A DNA stretch of 64,000 bases from Octopus vulgaris (lineage: Eukaryota), in NCBI GenBank assembly GCA_951406725.2, contig OX597819.1:37758001-37822000 (forward strand), given 5' to 3'. Positions 39,935-52,808 of the stretch are shown here, piece by piece (position 1 is the first letter of the stretch; each line of letters opens with the position of its first letter). Under the pieces are notes generated by a model that had not been told where the DNA came from, searched no databases, and saw nothing but the letters and a program-made list of their open reading frames with translations. Made by a program: the position numbers and the translations under genes.

Positions 39935-40145
39935 AACAGCTGATGTACTTGCGCGTACAAATGCATGTTCCCACAGCTTTATCAATCGCATTCTCACCTG
40001 GAATCGATATTTGTAATATTTTCAAGACTTATACACACCCTGATATCATCGGTATCTACACATCAAATTTGAGCGCAATCGAATGGAGGATGCCCGAGAT
40101 CCTAGAAGACACACACACACACAGAATGGATTTTATATAATATAT
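39935..40145 (+). mobile_element. Dispersed repeat with terminal microsatellite (possible non-autonomous Helitron-like element); second copy at 16850-17010
   Basis: Near-identical cagctgatgtacttg...aaatttgagcgcaatc...ggaggatgccc at both loci. The Helitron assignment is a guess from the architecture. Confidence 0.5.
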
Positions 40146-40229
40146 ATATGTATATAATATATTTTATTTTATTTATTAGGGAATAAAAATTCCGGCATCG
40201 CAGGGGTTCAAATTATTCTCAATGAGGAA

Positions 40230-40765
40230 ATATATGTTATTTAGAGATAGTGGACCCATCATCACACCATATAAAATAATTTTAATTTAATACTTACTAC
40301 TCATTTCTCTGCTCCACGTGTTTCTTGAGGTTCTTTTACAGTTCCTTAAGCACTCAGTGATTTGCAGGAACATTTCTTAGAATGTGACCCCAATCATTAG
40401 GCCTCTAAATAACTTTATCATAGTTTGATACCAAATACTATATTTTTATTTTAACAGATAAGTATGCGTATGTGTAAATTAAATTATGGCTTGCACAGTA
40501 AGGTCCAGCGAATCTATTTGCACATACGCATACTTATCTGTTAAAATTAAAATATAGTATTTGGTATCGAACTATGATAAAGTTATTTAGAGGCCTGATG
40601 ATTGGGGTTACATTTTAAGAAATGTCCCTGTAAAACATTGCATGCTTAAGGAACCATAAAAGGACCTCAAGAAACACGTGTAGCAGAGAAATGAGTAGTA
40701 AGTATTAAATTAAAATTCTTTTATATGGTGTGATGATGGGCACCACTATCTCTAAATAACATATA
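40230..40765. repeat. ~250-bp-arm foldback containing a hammerhead-like motif (Penelope-type inverted pLTR)
   Basis: 40230-40480 pairs with ~40512-40765. CTGATGA at 40595 and GAAAcacgtgTA at 40671. Confidence 0.85.
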
Positions 40766-41013
40766 TATGTATATAATATATATATATATGATATATATAA
40801 TATGTATATAATGTGTGTGTATATATATATATACATATAACAAAACAAATGAAAGACAGAAGTTGGAATATACGAGAATTATTAATCACAACAATTGCTT
40901 TGACACATCTAGTATCGACTCCTCTTGCAGGACACACAAAAACTGGTTCAGGAGTATCCGGTGGTGCAGACATATCTCGTCAGGTGATAAATAAATAAAA
41001 ATTCTCGTTAAAA

Positions 41014-41165
41014 TGACTGTTTCATAATGCAACTTTCAGTTTTGTAGAGAGAGAAACAGCTAGACGGAGGGAAATTCTTCATATATATAGAAGATCCAAA
41101 AATATTTCCCTCCGTCTGGCTGTTTTTCTCTCTACAAAACTGAAAGTTGCATTATGAAACAGTCA
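41014..41165. repeat. Hairpin with 62-bp arms
   Basis: 41014-41075 pairs with 41104-41165; two differences, both G:U-compatible. Confidence 0.9.
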
Positions 41166-41195
41166 CGTGATCACGTGATATATATATATATATAT

Positions 41196-41411
41196 CACGT
41201 GATCACGTGACCGACTAGACCATCAGATGTTGTTACACATCGCTGTTCACAATGCATTCGCATTGTCTTAGCCTTTGAATGACACCACCCCCTGCCGGAG
41301 CCTTTTAGGTGTTTTCGCTCAATAAACACTCGCAACGCCCAATCTGGGAATCGAGACCGCGATCCTATGACCGCGAGTCTGCTGCCCTAACCACTGGGCC
41401 ATTGCGACTCC
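41196..41411 (-). mobile_element. SINE family C2, internally deleted
   Basis: Reverse complement of 35674-35965 with a (cacgtgat) tail. Confidence 0.8.
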
Positions 41412-41421
41412 ACACACACAC

Positions 41422-41455
<34 letters not shown>

Positions 41456-42022
41456 ATATATCACGGGATTCTTTCAGTTTCCATCTACTAAATCCACCCA
41501 AGGCTTTGGTTGCCCCCAGGCTATAGTAGAAGACATTTGCCCAAGGTACCATGCAGTGGGACTGAATATGGAACCATGTGGTTGGGAAGCACTTCTTACC
41601 ACACATGCATTTCCCATGCCTAGGATTTTTTAAACATCAAATGGATATGAGTGTCCATCCTAGTAAAATAGGTATTAAAGGGGGTCCATAGGCAAAAAAT
41701 GGTTGAGAACCATGTGTTATGTGCGTTAGTGTTTTAGTGTCAGGTAGTTATGTGCTGTGTCTGTTGTGGTATGTGTTTTAGTGTTTGATAATGAGTATGT
41801 GGGATATGTGCTGTGTGGATTGTGTCATTTTTTAGTATTGACTGGTGATTATATGGAATATATGCTATCTGGGTTATGTTGTATTATTGGGTAGTAACTG
41901 TGTAGCGTGTGAGTTGTGGGTAGGTTTCTTTTTTATTTTTCATGTTCTTCTGTGTCGTACTGACTACTTTATTTGTTATTGGATTTTCCACCTTGTAAAT
42001 AGTTTTACTTTGTTTATTTCAG

Positions 42023-42660
42023 GTGAAGCATTAAGTAAACTAAAATACTGGAAATATCACTATAAGAAGAATTTAGGAGAACAAAACGAATTCGATTGGC
42101 TGCTAAATTCAGAAACGGTTTCAAACTCTGTATTATATCAACTTTCTATTGTCCAGGGAAGTACAATTTTGGACTTAGGTTGTGGAATGTCTTCTGTCTC
42201 TCAAAAACTTCTTAAAAAATCTCAGCATCCTATATTTGTCCACAGCTTAGACTATGTATCAAGTGTCATTGAACACCAAAAGAAACTTTGTTCTGTTGTT
42301 CCAAAGGTTAATCTGTCTTCTGGTTTTGATGGTATAGTTGCTGATGCCTGCCTTCTTCCATACAAGGACAATGTGTTTGATATTGTTGTCGATAAGGGAA
42401 CAATGGATAGTCTTTTGAAGGATGACATCAAAGAAAGGAGAATGCAAAAGTTTGCTTCTTTATTAGAGGAATCTTTACGAATTTTGAGACCAGGAGGTTG
42501 CTTCATGCAATTTACTGATGAAGATCCTGATATCCATTATGATATTTTATTCATTGCAATTCAAAAGCATTCAGCTCATCAGTATCACCTAAGTTTCACA
42601 TCGGCTGGCTCTGAGCCTTACCCATGTTATGTTTATTTAATAAAGAAAACTATGTTATAA
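42023..42660 (+). CDS. CSKMT: Terminal coding exon of a citrate synthase-lysine N-methyltransferase (CSKMT/METTL12)-like class I SAM methyltransferase
   Basis: Motifs YW...FDW, ILDLGCG (motif I), DIVVDKGTMD, LRILRPGG and QFTDEDPD (the METTL12 subfamily has QFSDEDPD). Acceptor ttttactttgtttatttcAG ends at 42022 (phase 1). AATAAA at 42664. Confidence 0.85.
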
Positions 42661-42930
42661 TTTAATAAAGACAGATTTTCTTAAGATACTTTGTTAACTA
42701 ATAATGAACTGAATGTTTTGTTTATACCATCAGTATTTATTCTAATAATCATTCATGGTGAAGATTTTCAGGTCAGTGGTGATATATAATTAAGGAGTGA
42801 GTGAAATACTAGAAAATAAAAGAAATGAAAGGCAAGGAGGACAAGTTTTGATACCAGTTTTTTTTAGTTGGAAGTCTGTTTCATATAAGGAGTGACAACC
42901 TAATAACTCAGCTAGATAGAGCAACCAACA

Positions 42931-43003
42931 ACCTGACTTGCACAATCAATGGTGCACAAAACTTTTAATCTCAAAGTCATTGATTCAAGTTCCACACTGG
43001 GAA
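42931..43003 (+). pseudogene. tRNA-Lys pseudogene
   Basis: 73 nt, gap-free against the metazoan tRNA-Lys layout (actTTTaatctca...gtc...ttcaagttccac...tggg), but the stems and A/B boxes are mutated. Confidence 0.65.
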
Positions 43004-45022
43004 GATAATCAATTTTAGGTGCAGACGTGACAGATGAAGCATAGATTTATGGTTAAGAGATTTGGTTTGCAACCATGTGGTTTCAGGTTCAGTCCCATTC
43101 ATGCAGAAATGTGGGTAAGTGTCTTCTACTATGGTTTTAGGTTAATCAATGCTTCGTGAGTGAATTTGCTTGGTAGAAACTGTGAAAATCTATCATATGT
43201 ATTTACATCTATCTATCTGTGTGCGTGTATGTATGTGTCTATCTATCTGTATGTATGTATGTGTATGTGTGCATGTATTTTCATTTGTCTGTGTTTGTCT
43301 CTCATCACTTGACAACCAGTGTTAGTTTGTTTATGTCCCTATCAGTTGGCGCTTCATCTAAAAAAGACCATCAGAATAATACCAGTCTTAACATGGCCAC
43401 AGTCCAATGACTTTAACAAGTAAAGATTAATATAACTATTTTATTTAAAATGCAAAGCTACAAATTTAGAGGAAAGGGGTTTAAGATTGTATAAGATTTG
43501 TGACTTTCTCAAGGATATGAACAGAATAGATAGTATAATAGCTACTTGTGTTAGACTGTGTGTGGGGAAAGTCTCACAATTGCTAGTTATGTTTATTGTT
43601 AGTGATGGAAATCCAGAAGGTAAAAAAGTGAAAGTTAACATTTTGTACATATAAGAAACTAGAATAATGCCCAGTTTTGCCTGGGAAATAAAGAATGCAG
43701 ATGGTGACCAATTTGTTGAATGAGAATTATCATAATTCTGCATAAATTTAGAACACAATGTTATATATTATTTGCAACAGATATGTGTGTTTCCTTTTTA
43801 CATTTTTAATAATTTTTTCACATTTCAATAAGCAACTGTAGAAGGAAGTAACAACACAATGCTAACTATGACAATCTATGCAGTATATTTTCAATATAGT
43901 ATAGAGAACTGGTTTCAACTAGGAAATTAAAATCAATTCACAGAATCTCTATGGCACTTGCAACTGATAATTATTGATCATGTACAATTTAATCAATATT
44001 ACTCTATTCTTTTCTATGTAACATATAAAATGGGTAAGCATATTCTGCAAAGCTTGTAGGAATCTTCAGGGTAAGAGACCCCCACCCAAGGACCAGCAAC
44101 ATTTTGTTATGTTGCAGAGTTTTTGGGCTATGCAAAGCATAAAGGTACCCTTTACATCCCTAAATGATTGGCTTACGGGTATTGTAATGCTTCTAGTTAG
44201 GAAAGGCAATGATCTCTTCCAGGAGGGGTACATTTAATTATATGGTTCTGAGTACGCTGCACCAAAGAAAAATATGGGATGATCATAGGTCTTGCTCAGT
44301 CAGGGCTGATCTGAGATTAAAATGCAACATGCAAATGAACCAGGTATATGAAGAGCTTACTTTCAAAACCAGATATATATGCATCAGAATGACTTTTGAG
44401 TAATTGAGGAAACAACAACTTAAATATATCTGATTTTGATTGGAAGACTAAGATATGCCTACTGGTCTATATGGCATCTATCCTAGTATGACTGAAAAAA
44501 ATTTCACATGCATGAAGCTAGCAGCTTGCAGATTGTGTTTTAATGGTTATCATGAAATCAACCAAATATGCACTTATACTGGCTTTGAAAGTAAGCCCCT
44601 CATATATTCTTGTTGCAAAAACACACACACACTCACACACATAAACACACACACACACACATACATACACTAACACACATAAACACACACTCACACACAC
44701 ACACAAACACACTCACCCCCACACACACACACTCACATAAACTCACTCACACACATAAATACACACTCACACACACACACACACACTCACACATCTTTTA
44801 CCTTTTACTTGTTTCAGTCATGTGACTGCAGCCATGCTGAGGCATATAATTTATAATTTATAAGATATGGTTTAGAATGTCGATTAAAAAATCCATGGTT
44901 TCTCAACATTTTGTTAAATGTCACCTCCTGCCCAAAGTATTTTGCCCATGTGTCATTAGTTTTGGCAGGAAAAATAAGTCGAATACTTTTTGAATGCACC
45001 TTGTATATATATCATCATCTTA

Positions 45023-45428
45023 GGCGCAGGAGTGGCTGTGTGGTAAGTAGCTTGCTAACCAACCACATGGTTCCGTGTTCAGTCCCGCTGCGTGGCATCT
45101 TGGGCCAGTGTCTTCTGCTATAGCCCCGGGCCGACCAATGCCTTGTGAGTGGATTTGGTAGACGGAAACTGAAAGAAGCCTGTCGTATATATGTATATAT
45201 ATGTGTTGTGTGTATGTTTGTGTGTCTGTGTTTGTCCCCCCAACATCGCTTGACAACCGATGCTGGTGTGTTTACGTCCCCATCACTTAGCGGTTTGGCA
45301 AAAGAGACCGATAGAATAAGTACTGGGCTTACAAAGAATAAGTCCCGGGGTCGATTTGCTCGACTAAAGGCGGTGCTCCAGCATGTCCACAGTCAAATGA
45401 CTGAAACAAGTAAAAAAGTAAAAGAGTA
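45023..45428 (+). mobile_element. Full-length SINE family B inserted into an RTE tail
   Basis: Colinear with other copies; it splits atcatcatc from tttaacatcc. Confidence 0.9.
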
Positions 45429-46123
45429 TTTAACATCCACTGTCCATGTTGATGTGGGTTATTTGGTTTGACCAGAGCTGCATCAGACTCCAGTCTGATC
45501 TGGCATAGTTTCTACGGCTGGATGCCCTTCCTAACACCAACCATTTTACAAAGTGTGCTGGATGCTTTTATGTGGCACTGCACAGGTGCTTTTACTTGGT
45601 GCCACATGGATGCTTTTATGGGGCACACACACACACACACACACAACTACACACACGTGATGTTCTGTTTGTAAGACACACATGATGTCCATATTGATAT
45701 GGGTTGGACAGTTTGACCAGAGCTGCACCAGACTCCAGTCTTATTTGGCATCGTTTCAACAGCTGGATGACCTTCCTAACGCTAATCATTTTACAGAGTG
45801 TGCTGGGTGCTTGCATGTGGTGCTGCACAGGTGTTTTTACATAGTGCTGCATGGGCAATTTTTACGTGGCGTCACATGGGTGCTTTAATGTGACACACAC
45901 ATACACACACACACACAAACACATATATATAGAAAGAGGGGGAGATACAGACACATGTGATATTCTGTTTGTAAGACAGAACACATTAAAATTATGTGAT
46001 CCCACCCCCTTTCTTTATGATATGTCTGTGTGTTTGTTAGTGTGTATTGATACGAAAAATTGTTTCCATTTCATGAATGGTTGAAAATTACTTATCTGTA
46101 TTGTACAATAATGAACAACATTT

Positions 46124-46540
46124 GGATCTTTTCGGTTTGAACGGCAGTTTTTTCTAGCGGTGTCATATGAAATTGTCACCCATAATTATGACCCTAGTAT
46201 CGATCTATTGCATTTCAATCTGTTTTAGGGTTAGGCGTTGGGGGGAAGGGTATCTTTTTTTCTTCACAAACGTAAATAAACCCAATCTGTTTCTTAAATG
46301 AGGGACATATTCATACAGCACAGAATGTTTTTTTTTACCTCAATAGACGTCCTTGATTGGTTGAAATTGGAGAAATTGAAGAAAAAAACCCAGCAAATAC
46401 CTTACAAACTATAGAATTTTCTCAATAAAGCCAAGAGAAAAAAATGTTTTATAAACACATTCTACCAGTATACGAAGTTTAAAAGTGTTTAGTCACGTGG
46501 AAATTATTTTTAAAAACTGCCGTTCAAACCGAAGAGATCC
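46124..46540. mobile_element. GGATCTTTTCGG-TIR MITE
   Basis: ~29-bp TIRs; degraded 8-bp TSD caacattt/cgatattt. Confidence 0.9.
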
Positions 46541-47455
46541 CGATATTTTTCTATTTTGGGTGCCTGAAGGACAAAAAATGAACCATAAGTTATTTTAGGT
46601 AAAAATGCTTGTGTTAAAGTGTATATTAAATGAAACATTTTATTGATGCAATGTACCTTTTTCACTGAAATTGCAGAAGACAGACTTTGAATTTTAGTAA
46701 TTATAAAGATGTATAATTTATAATTGTTGTGTTATTAAGAATTCTAATTATTATAAAAATCATTCAAAGTTAATCTAGTGGATCTAGATTTACTAGGCTT
46801 TTGGCAAACCTCTGATGTAGCATTTAGGGAATTGTTACAAAACCTAACAAGAAACCAAGACATTTTGCTAGAAAAGACCTATCAACATAAGTAAACATAA
46901 AAAAATGCTAAATTGATAGTGATGCTTATAATTTAGCAGTAGTTATTTCCTCTTCAAATTGAGACAAATTGACTCTTTGACATTTATAATACTTAAAATG
47001 GTACATATATTGTTGCAGTCATATATATGCTTGTATGTATGTCTGTCTGTCTTTTACTTGTTTTGGTCATTTGACTGTGGCCATACTGGTGCATTACTTT
47101 GAAGGATTTTAGCCAAAGGAATTGACTTCAGTACTTTTTTTCTTTAAAACTTGGCACTTATTCTATTGGTTTCTTTTGCTGAACTGCTATGTTACTGGGA
47201 TATAAACACACCAACACTGATTGTCAAATTGTGATTGGAGACAAATACAGACACAAAGCTGCCATTAAGAAGGGCATCCAACTGTAGGAGCCATGCCAGA
47301 ACAAGCAATAGAACTGAGATGTGTTCAAAGATTATCCAACTCCTGTCAAAACTAATGCCATGTGGGGAAAATACATGAAGGATGATGCCATCTTTCATGC
47401 ACATGTGGGAAAATTTTTGCACCAGTAGACCACATCAGTTCCCAGCATTATACCT

Positions 47456-47692
47456 ATTTCTGTACTACCCTCAAGGGGCTAAACACTGAGAGGACAAACA
47501 AGGACAGACAAAGGAATTAAGTCAATTACATCGACCCCAGTGTGTAACTGGTACTTAATTTATTGACCCCGAAAGGATGAAAAGCAAAGTCGACCTCGGC
47601 GGAATTTGAACTCAGAACGTAACGGCAGACGAAGTACGGCTACGCATTTTGCCCGGCTTGCTAACGTTTCTGCCAGCTCGCCACCTTCGCAT
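47456..47692 (-). mobile_element. Young full-length SINE family A with TSD
   Basis: CpGs retained; cattatacct at 47446-47455 and 47693-47702. Confidence 0.9.
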
Positions 47693-47729
47693 CATTATAC
47701 CTGGTACACAGACATAGTGTGCGCTTGTC

Positions 47730-48200
47730 AGATTTTCATTTTCATGCAAGATAACCAAACACGTCGATCAGTGACCCTAAACCTACGCCTCATCACTAGT
47801 GCTGGTGGTCTTCATGAAGTCTGGGTTGTAGTTTGCACAATCCAGCATTTCCTGTCCTGACTGGTTTCCACATGGGGTTTGGGGACAAATTTTACCAACA
47901 TGCATGCTCAAAGCCCTCTTTTGAATAGAATGCACTACTCCTGTACTTATTCGCATTTCAGTTTCCTGGATTATTACATGATCTTCCATGACTATTCACC
48001 GATCCCCCTTCTCAAACAGCTCCATGTTTCAGCTTGTTGATGGCCTGCATGAGCATTCCTCACTGTCCACTGAAGTGTGGCCATATTTGAAGCAGTTGTA
48101 CCACTCTTTGGTCTAGGTTTTGTCCATGGCATCATTGCCAAAGGTCTGCTGAATCTTCTGAGTGGCCATTCAGTACCTCACTGATCCTGGTTGGACTATC
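47730..48200 (-). pseudogene. mariner transposase N-terminal remnant
   Basis: Broken translation QQTFGNDAMDKT*TKEWYNCFKYGHTSVDSEECSCRPSTS...ISTGVVHSI...PDFMKTTSTSDEA resembles the mariner GRP and ITGDE motifs. Confidence 0.75.
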
Positions 48201-48204
48201 TGTG

Positions 48205-48272
48205 AGGTATATATATATATATATACACACACAAATATTTATATATACATAAATTATGTATATATATATAAA

Positions 48273-48333
<61 letters not shown>

Positions 48334-48350
48334 ATATGTATGTATGTATG

Positions 48351-48381
<31 letters not shown>

Positions 48382-48832
48382 ATATGTATGTATGTATATA
48401 TGTATGTATGTATATATGTATGTATGTATATATGTATGTATGTATGTATGTATATATGTATGTATGTATATATGTATGTATATATATATATGTATGTATA
48501 TATATATATATGTATGTATATATATATGTATGTATGTATATATATATATGTATGTATATATATATATGTATGTATGTATATATATATGTGTGTGTGTGTT
48601 ATACGTATATATATGTATGTGTATCTGTGTTTGTCCCACCCCAACATCGCTTGACAACTGATGCGGGTGTGATAACGTCCCTGTAACTTAGTGGTTCAGC
48701 AAAAGACACCGATAGAATAAGTACTAGGCTTACAAAGAATAAGTCCTGGAGTCGATTTGGTTGACTAAAGGCGGTGCTCCAGCATGGCCACAGTCAAATG
48801 ACTGAAACAAGTAAAAGAGTAAAGAGAGTAAG
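48205..48832 (+). mobile_element. SINE family B 3' half with a ~400-bp expanded (TATG)n
   Basis: Microsatellite followed by the family B 3' body and tail. Confidence 0.8.
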
Positions 48833-48862
48833 AGTATATTATATATATATATATATATATAT

Positions 48863-49510
48863 ATGGATGAAGATAGTTGTGTGAAAAAGTGCCACACCCT
48901 AGCGGTTGAGGGAACCTGTGGAAGAGGTAGACCCAGGAAAACCTGGGACGAGGCGGTGAAGCACAACCTTCAAACATTAGGTCTCACCAAGGCAATGACT
49001 AGTGACCGAGACCTTTGGAAGTATGCTGTGCGTGAGAAGACCCGGCAGGACAAGTGAAGCCATAACCCGTGGCCTCTACCTGGGATGTAGCCAGCCCACT
49101 TATGCATACCCTTCCTTCTTGGTACTCAAAACTCTGCATGTGAAGACCTGTTGAGGCAAGTGAAATCGGAATTGAAATCGCTCAAAAATCAATGGAAATT
49201 GTAGTTGTGGTACCAGTGCCGGTGGCACATAAAAGAACCATCTGAATGTGGCCATTGCCAGCGCCGCCCCAACTGGCCTCCGTGCCGGTGGCACGTAAAA
49301 AGCACCAACCATTGCCAGCCTCACCTGGCATGTAAAAGGCACCCACTACACTCACGGAGTGGTTGGCATTAGGAAGGGCATCCAGCTGTAGAAACACTGC
49401 CAGATCAGACTGGGCCTGGTGCAGCCTCCTGGCTTCCCAAACCCCAGTCGAACCGTCCGAGCCATGCTAGCATGGAAAGCAAGCGTTAAACGATGATGAT
49501 GATGATGATA
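48863..49510 (+). mobile_element. Short 5'-truncated copy of the RTE LINE
   Basis: MDEDSCVKKCHTL...GRPRKTW matches 5408-5602; ends in (GAT)n. Confidence 0.92.
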
Positions 49511-49512
49511 TA

Positions 49513-49935
49513 GGCACAGGAGTGGCTGTGTGGTAAGTAGCTTGCTTACCAACCACATGGTTCCGGGCTCAGCCCCAGTTCGTGATACCTTGGGCAAATG
49601 TCTTCTCTTATAGCCTCAGGCCAAGCAAAGCCTTGTGAGTGGACTTGATAGACGGACTCTGAAAGAAGCCAGTAGTATATATATATATGTGTGTGTTTGT
49701 ATGTCTGTTTGTATGTGTGTATGTATATGCTTGTGTGTCTGTGTTTGTCCCCCGAACATCACTTGACAACCAATGCTGGTATGTTTATATCCCTGTAACA
49801 TAGCAGTTCGGCAAGAGACCAATAGTATAAGTACTAGGCTCACAAATAATACGTCATGGAGTTGATTTGCTTGAATAAAAGGGGAGCTCCAGCATGGCTG
49901 CAGTCAGATTATTGAAACAACCAAAAGAAAAAAAG
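49513..49935 (+). mobile_element. SINE family B
   Basis: Colinear with other copies but more decayed. Confidence 0.85.
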
Positions 49936-49961
49936 AATATATATATATAAATATTTATTGA

Positions 49962-50033
<72 letters not shown>

Positions 50034-50218
50034 TACGTTTATAAGTACACTTTAAGAAGACTTAAATATGGAAGTGAGTTAATTGCATGTTCATATAAAG
50101 TTTGAAGTCTGACATGTTGTTCCATGGACATATCTGTGAAATGACTCATATCCTTTTCTTGACTCTTAATTATGTTAGTCATAGCAATTTTCTGTCTGTT
50201 TTATCATTATTATCATTT

Positions 50219-50249
<31 letters not shown>

Positions 50250-51293
50250 AATACCTAAGAGTGATTGTGTGAGAATATGGTGAGATAAGATAATGGATAT
50301 TAGATTTTTTTAGACATCTATTTGCCATCCTTGTTTTCTCTCAGGTTTTATTCAATTCATGAAATATTATTTTGATTTATTTCCTGATATTCAGGAAATA
50401 CAGGGCCATAGAATCTACTTGACTAGTCAACTTATTCAATTCCTTTTTGTTTTCATATTTTCTGAGAAACAATGGAATCATTTGTCTGTAGTGTTTCATT
50501 ATTTTGTTTATTTCAGGAAAATTTAATGACTAAAGTTTGCTGTGCAACCATAAATCCTTTGTGTGATGACAGTGAAAGCACTCAAACAATAGATTTTCCA
50601 GAAATATGGTATTTTCTGATGGGATATAAGGTATTCCCAAAGACCCAAAAATACACAAGCATTCTCTACACACTCTCTCTTAAAAGTACAGTTATTGGTT
50701 CTAAGCACTAACATAGTTGGGGGCAGGGGCAGTCTACCCTGGGCAGCACTTTTAAAGGGGCACTACCTTTGGGTCTGTTGTAGGCAATATGTGTTTTTTG
50801 TGGGGTCCAGGGTTGGGAAACAGAAGGGCTGCCCCAGGTGACACACTTTCTAGCTACGCTAGAGGTTCTAAGATAATTGTTTCTAACATAGGCACAGGGC
50901 CTACAATTCTGAGGGGAGTAGAGTTGTCAGTTATATCAACCCCAGTATTTGATTGTTACTTGAATATTATCATGCCCAGAAGAATGAAGAGCTAAGATGA
51001 CCTCACTGGGATTTGAACTCAGAACAAATATAATGAAGCATTTTTTCTGAAGCGCTTCCATAACAACCAACATTAATTCTATGGTAAATTGACATCTACA
51101 CTAAGTCAGTATTACTGTTTACTTGTTTAAGTATACAACTATCTAATGGTATCATTATGAGCTATGGAGTTTTATGGGTTTGCTTCAGAGCTATATTGTT
51201 TTAAGTTCAATCTCACTGCATAACACTTTAGTCTTTTACTATTGCCTTTGGTTGACTAATATCTTATGAGTGATAATTGGGGGATAGAAACTG

Positions 51294-51710
51294 GTATCTT
51301 TTCGGTTTGACTGGCAGTTTTTTCTAGCGGTGTCATATGAAATTGTCACTCATAATTATGACCCTAGAATCGATCTATTGCATTTCAATCTCTTTTAGGG
51401 TTAGGGTTAGGGATGGGGGGAAGGGTATCTTTTTTTCTTCACAAATGTAAATAAACCCAATCTGTTTCTTAAACGAGGGACATATTCATACGGCACAGAA
51501 TGTTGTTTAACTGAATGGACGTCAGTGATTGGTTGAAATTGCAGGAATTGAAGAAAAACAACAACAAATATCTTACAAACTATAGAATTTTCTCAATAAA
51601 TCCAAGAGGAAAAGATGTTTTATAAATACATTCTACCAGTATACGAAGTTTAAAATTTTTTAGCTACCTAGAAATTATGTTAAAAACTGCCGTTCAAACC
51701 GAAAAGATCC
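51294..51710. mobile_element. GGATCTTTTCGG-TIR MITE
   Basis: 8-bp TSD agaaactg. Confidence 0.93.
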
Positions 51711-52427
51711 AGAAACTGCATGAAAGCCCACTGTGTTCATGTTTACTAATATAATTGTTACATTGAGTTACATCCCTTTGTCATGTAAAACAGTTAACAC
51801 TATTTAACAGAGACTGTGAAAATAAGAATTGGTCCATACAATTGGCTAAAATCCCTTAAAGGCGGTGCTTCAGCATGATCCCAATTGGCATAACTATAAG
51901 CGACAAGAGAAAACTCATGTTTCAGATACTAACCAGAGAGATATGAAAATGTCACAATAAATAGTTGGTCATTTCACAAGAAAAAGTGAATTATAGATTG
52001 GAACACTTTGCTGGAAAATAATTACTTGGAGACACACAGCATTATAATTCATAGAAATGCTATTGTTCACGTACTTAAAGGAGCCTCTAATCTCTCCCGG
52101 ATACTCCTTAAAAATATGGGATGGTCACAGCTGGAGTACCTTTGATCACAGATCTGCTCGAACATAGTTGACCTGGAGCTAAACAACAACAGCAACAAAC
52201 TATTAACATTAATGTTCTTAAAAATCAAAAATCATGTGGTGGAAAAGAGTGAATATTATCAAAGACCACAATTTAATAATTCTAATTTTTGGCAAATGAG
52301 GTATGGAAAGTGAGAAGGTCCTGTTATCTTATAGGTATATTAACAGGCAGCTGCATCAGAGGGAACAAAGCATCTTTGCAATGTGTTTAGAGGGATCGCA
52401 TTATAATGAAGTCTTATATCTTTATTA

Positions 52428-52808
52428 ACTGGGCATGGATTCACTGAAGCTCCGGCGTCTGGCGACGGACTTGGTAAACACCCACAAAGTTGTCAACCAC
52501 CTCACCAATAACAACACTGAACACCTTTTTGATCTCCATGTGTCTAACACACGTGGACATGCCTACAAAGTCAGAAAACAACACAGCTCCCATGACTTTC
52601 GGAAACATTTCTTCACACTCAGAGTTGCTGAAGCATGGAATAAACTGCCTGTGTCAGTTGTTGACTGCCATGACACTGCATCCTTTAAGCCCCTCATGTT
52701 TTCCGAAATCCGTCGAAACTACACCTGATTATATATACACTTTCGATGAGTTGTAGTGCACCTGAGCACTGTACACAATGTTTATTATTATTATTATTAT
52801 TATTATTA
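52428..52808 (+). mobile_element. CR1-clade LINE 3' end with a (TTA)n tail
   Basis: SLKLRRLATDL...TRGHAYKV...RKHFFTLRVAEAWNKLP, short UTR and tail. Confidence 0.88.

Noticed and set aside
41845-42022. Hydrophobic N-terminal extension of the methyltransferase ORF
   Set aside because: It has a GTG start and T/G-rich sequence ending in a strong splice acceptor, so it is most likely intron.
34385-42022. Intronic snoRNA, by analogy with the human METTL12 locus
   Set aside because: No convincing H/ACA or C/D structure was seen by eye; a covariance-model search would be needed.
51395-51412. TTAGGG repeats as a telomere remnant
   Set aside because: Only 2-3 units, and they are an internal part of the MITE.
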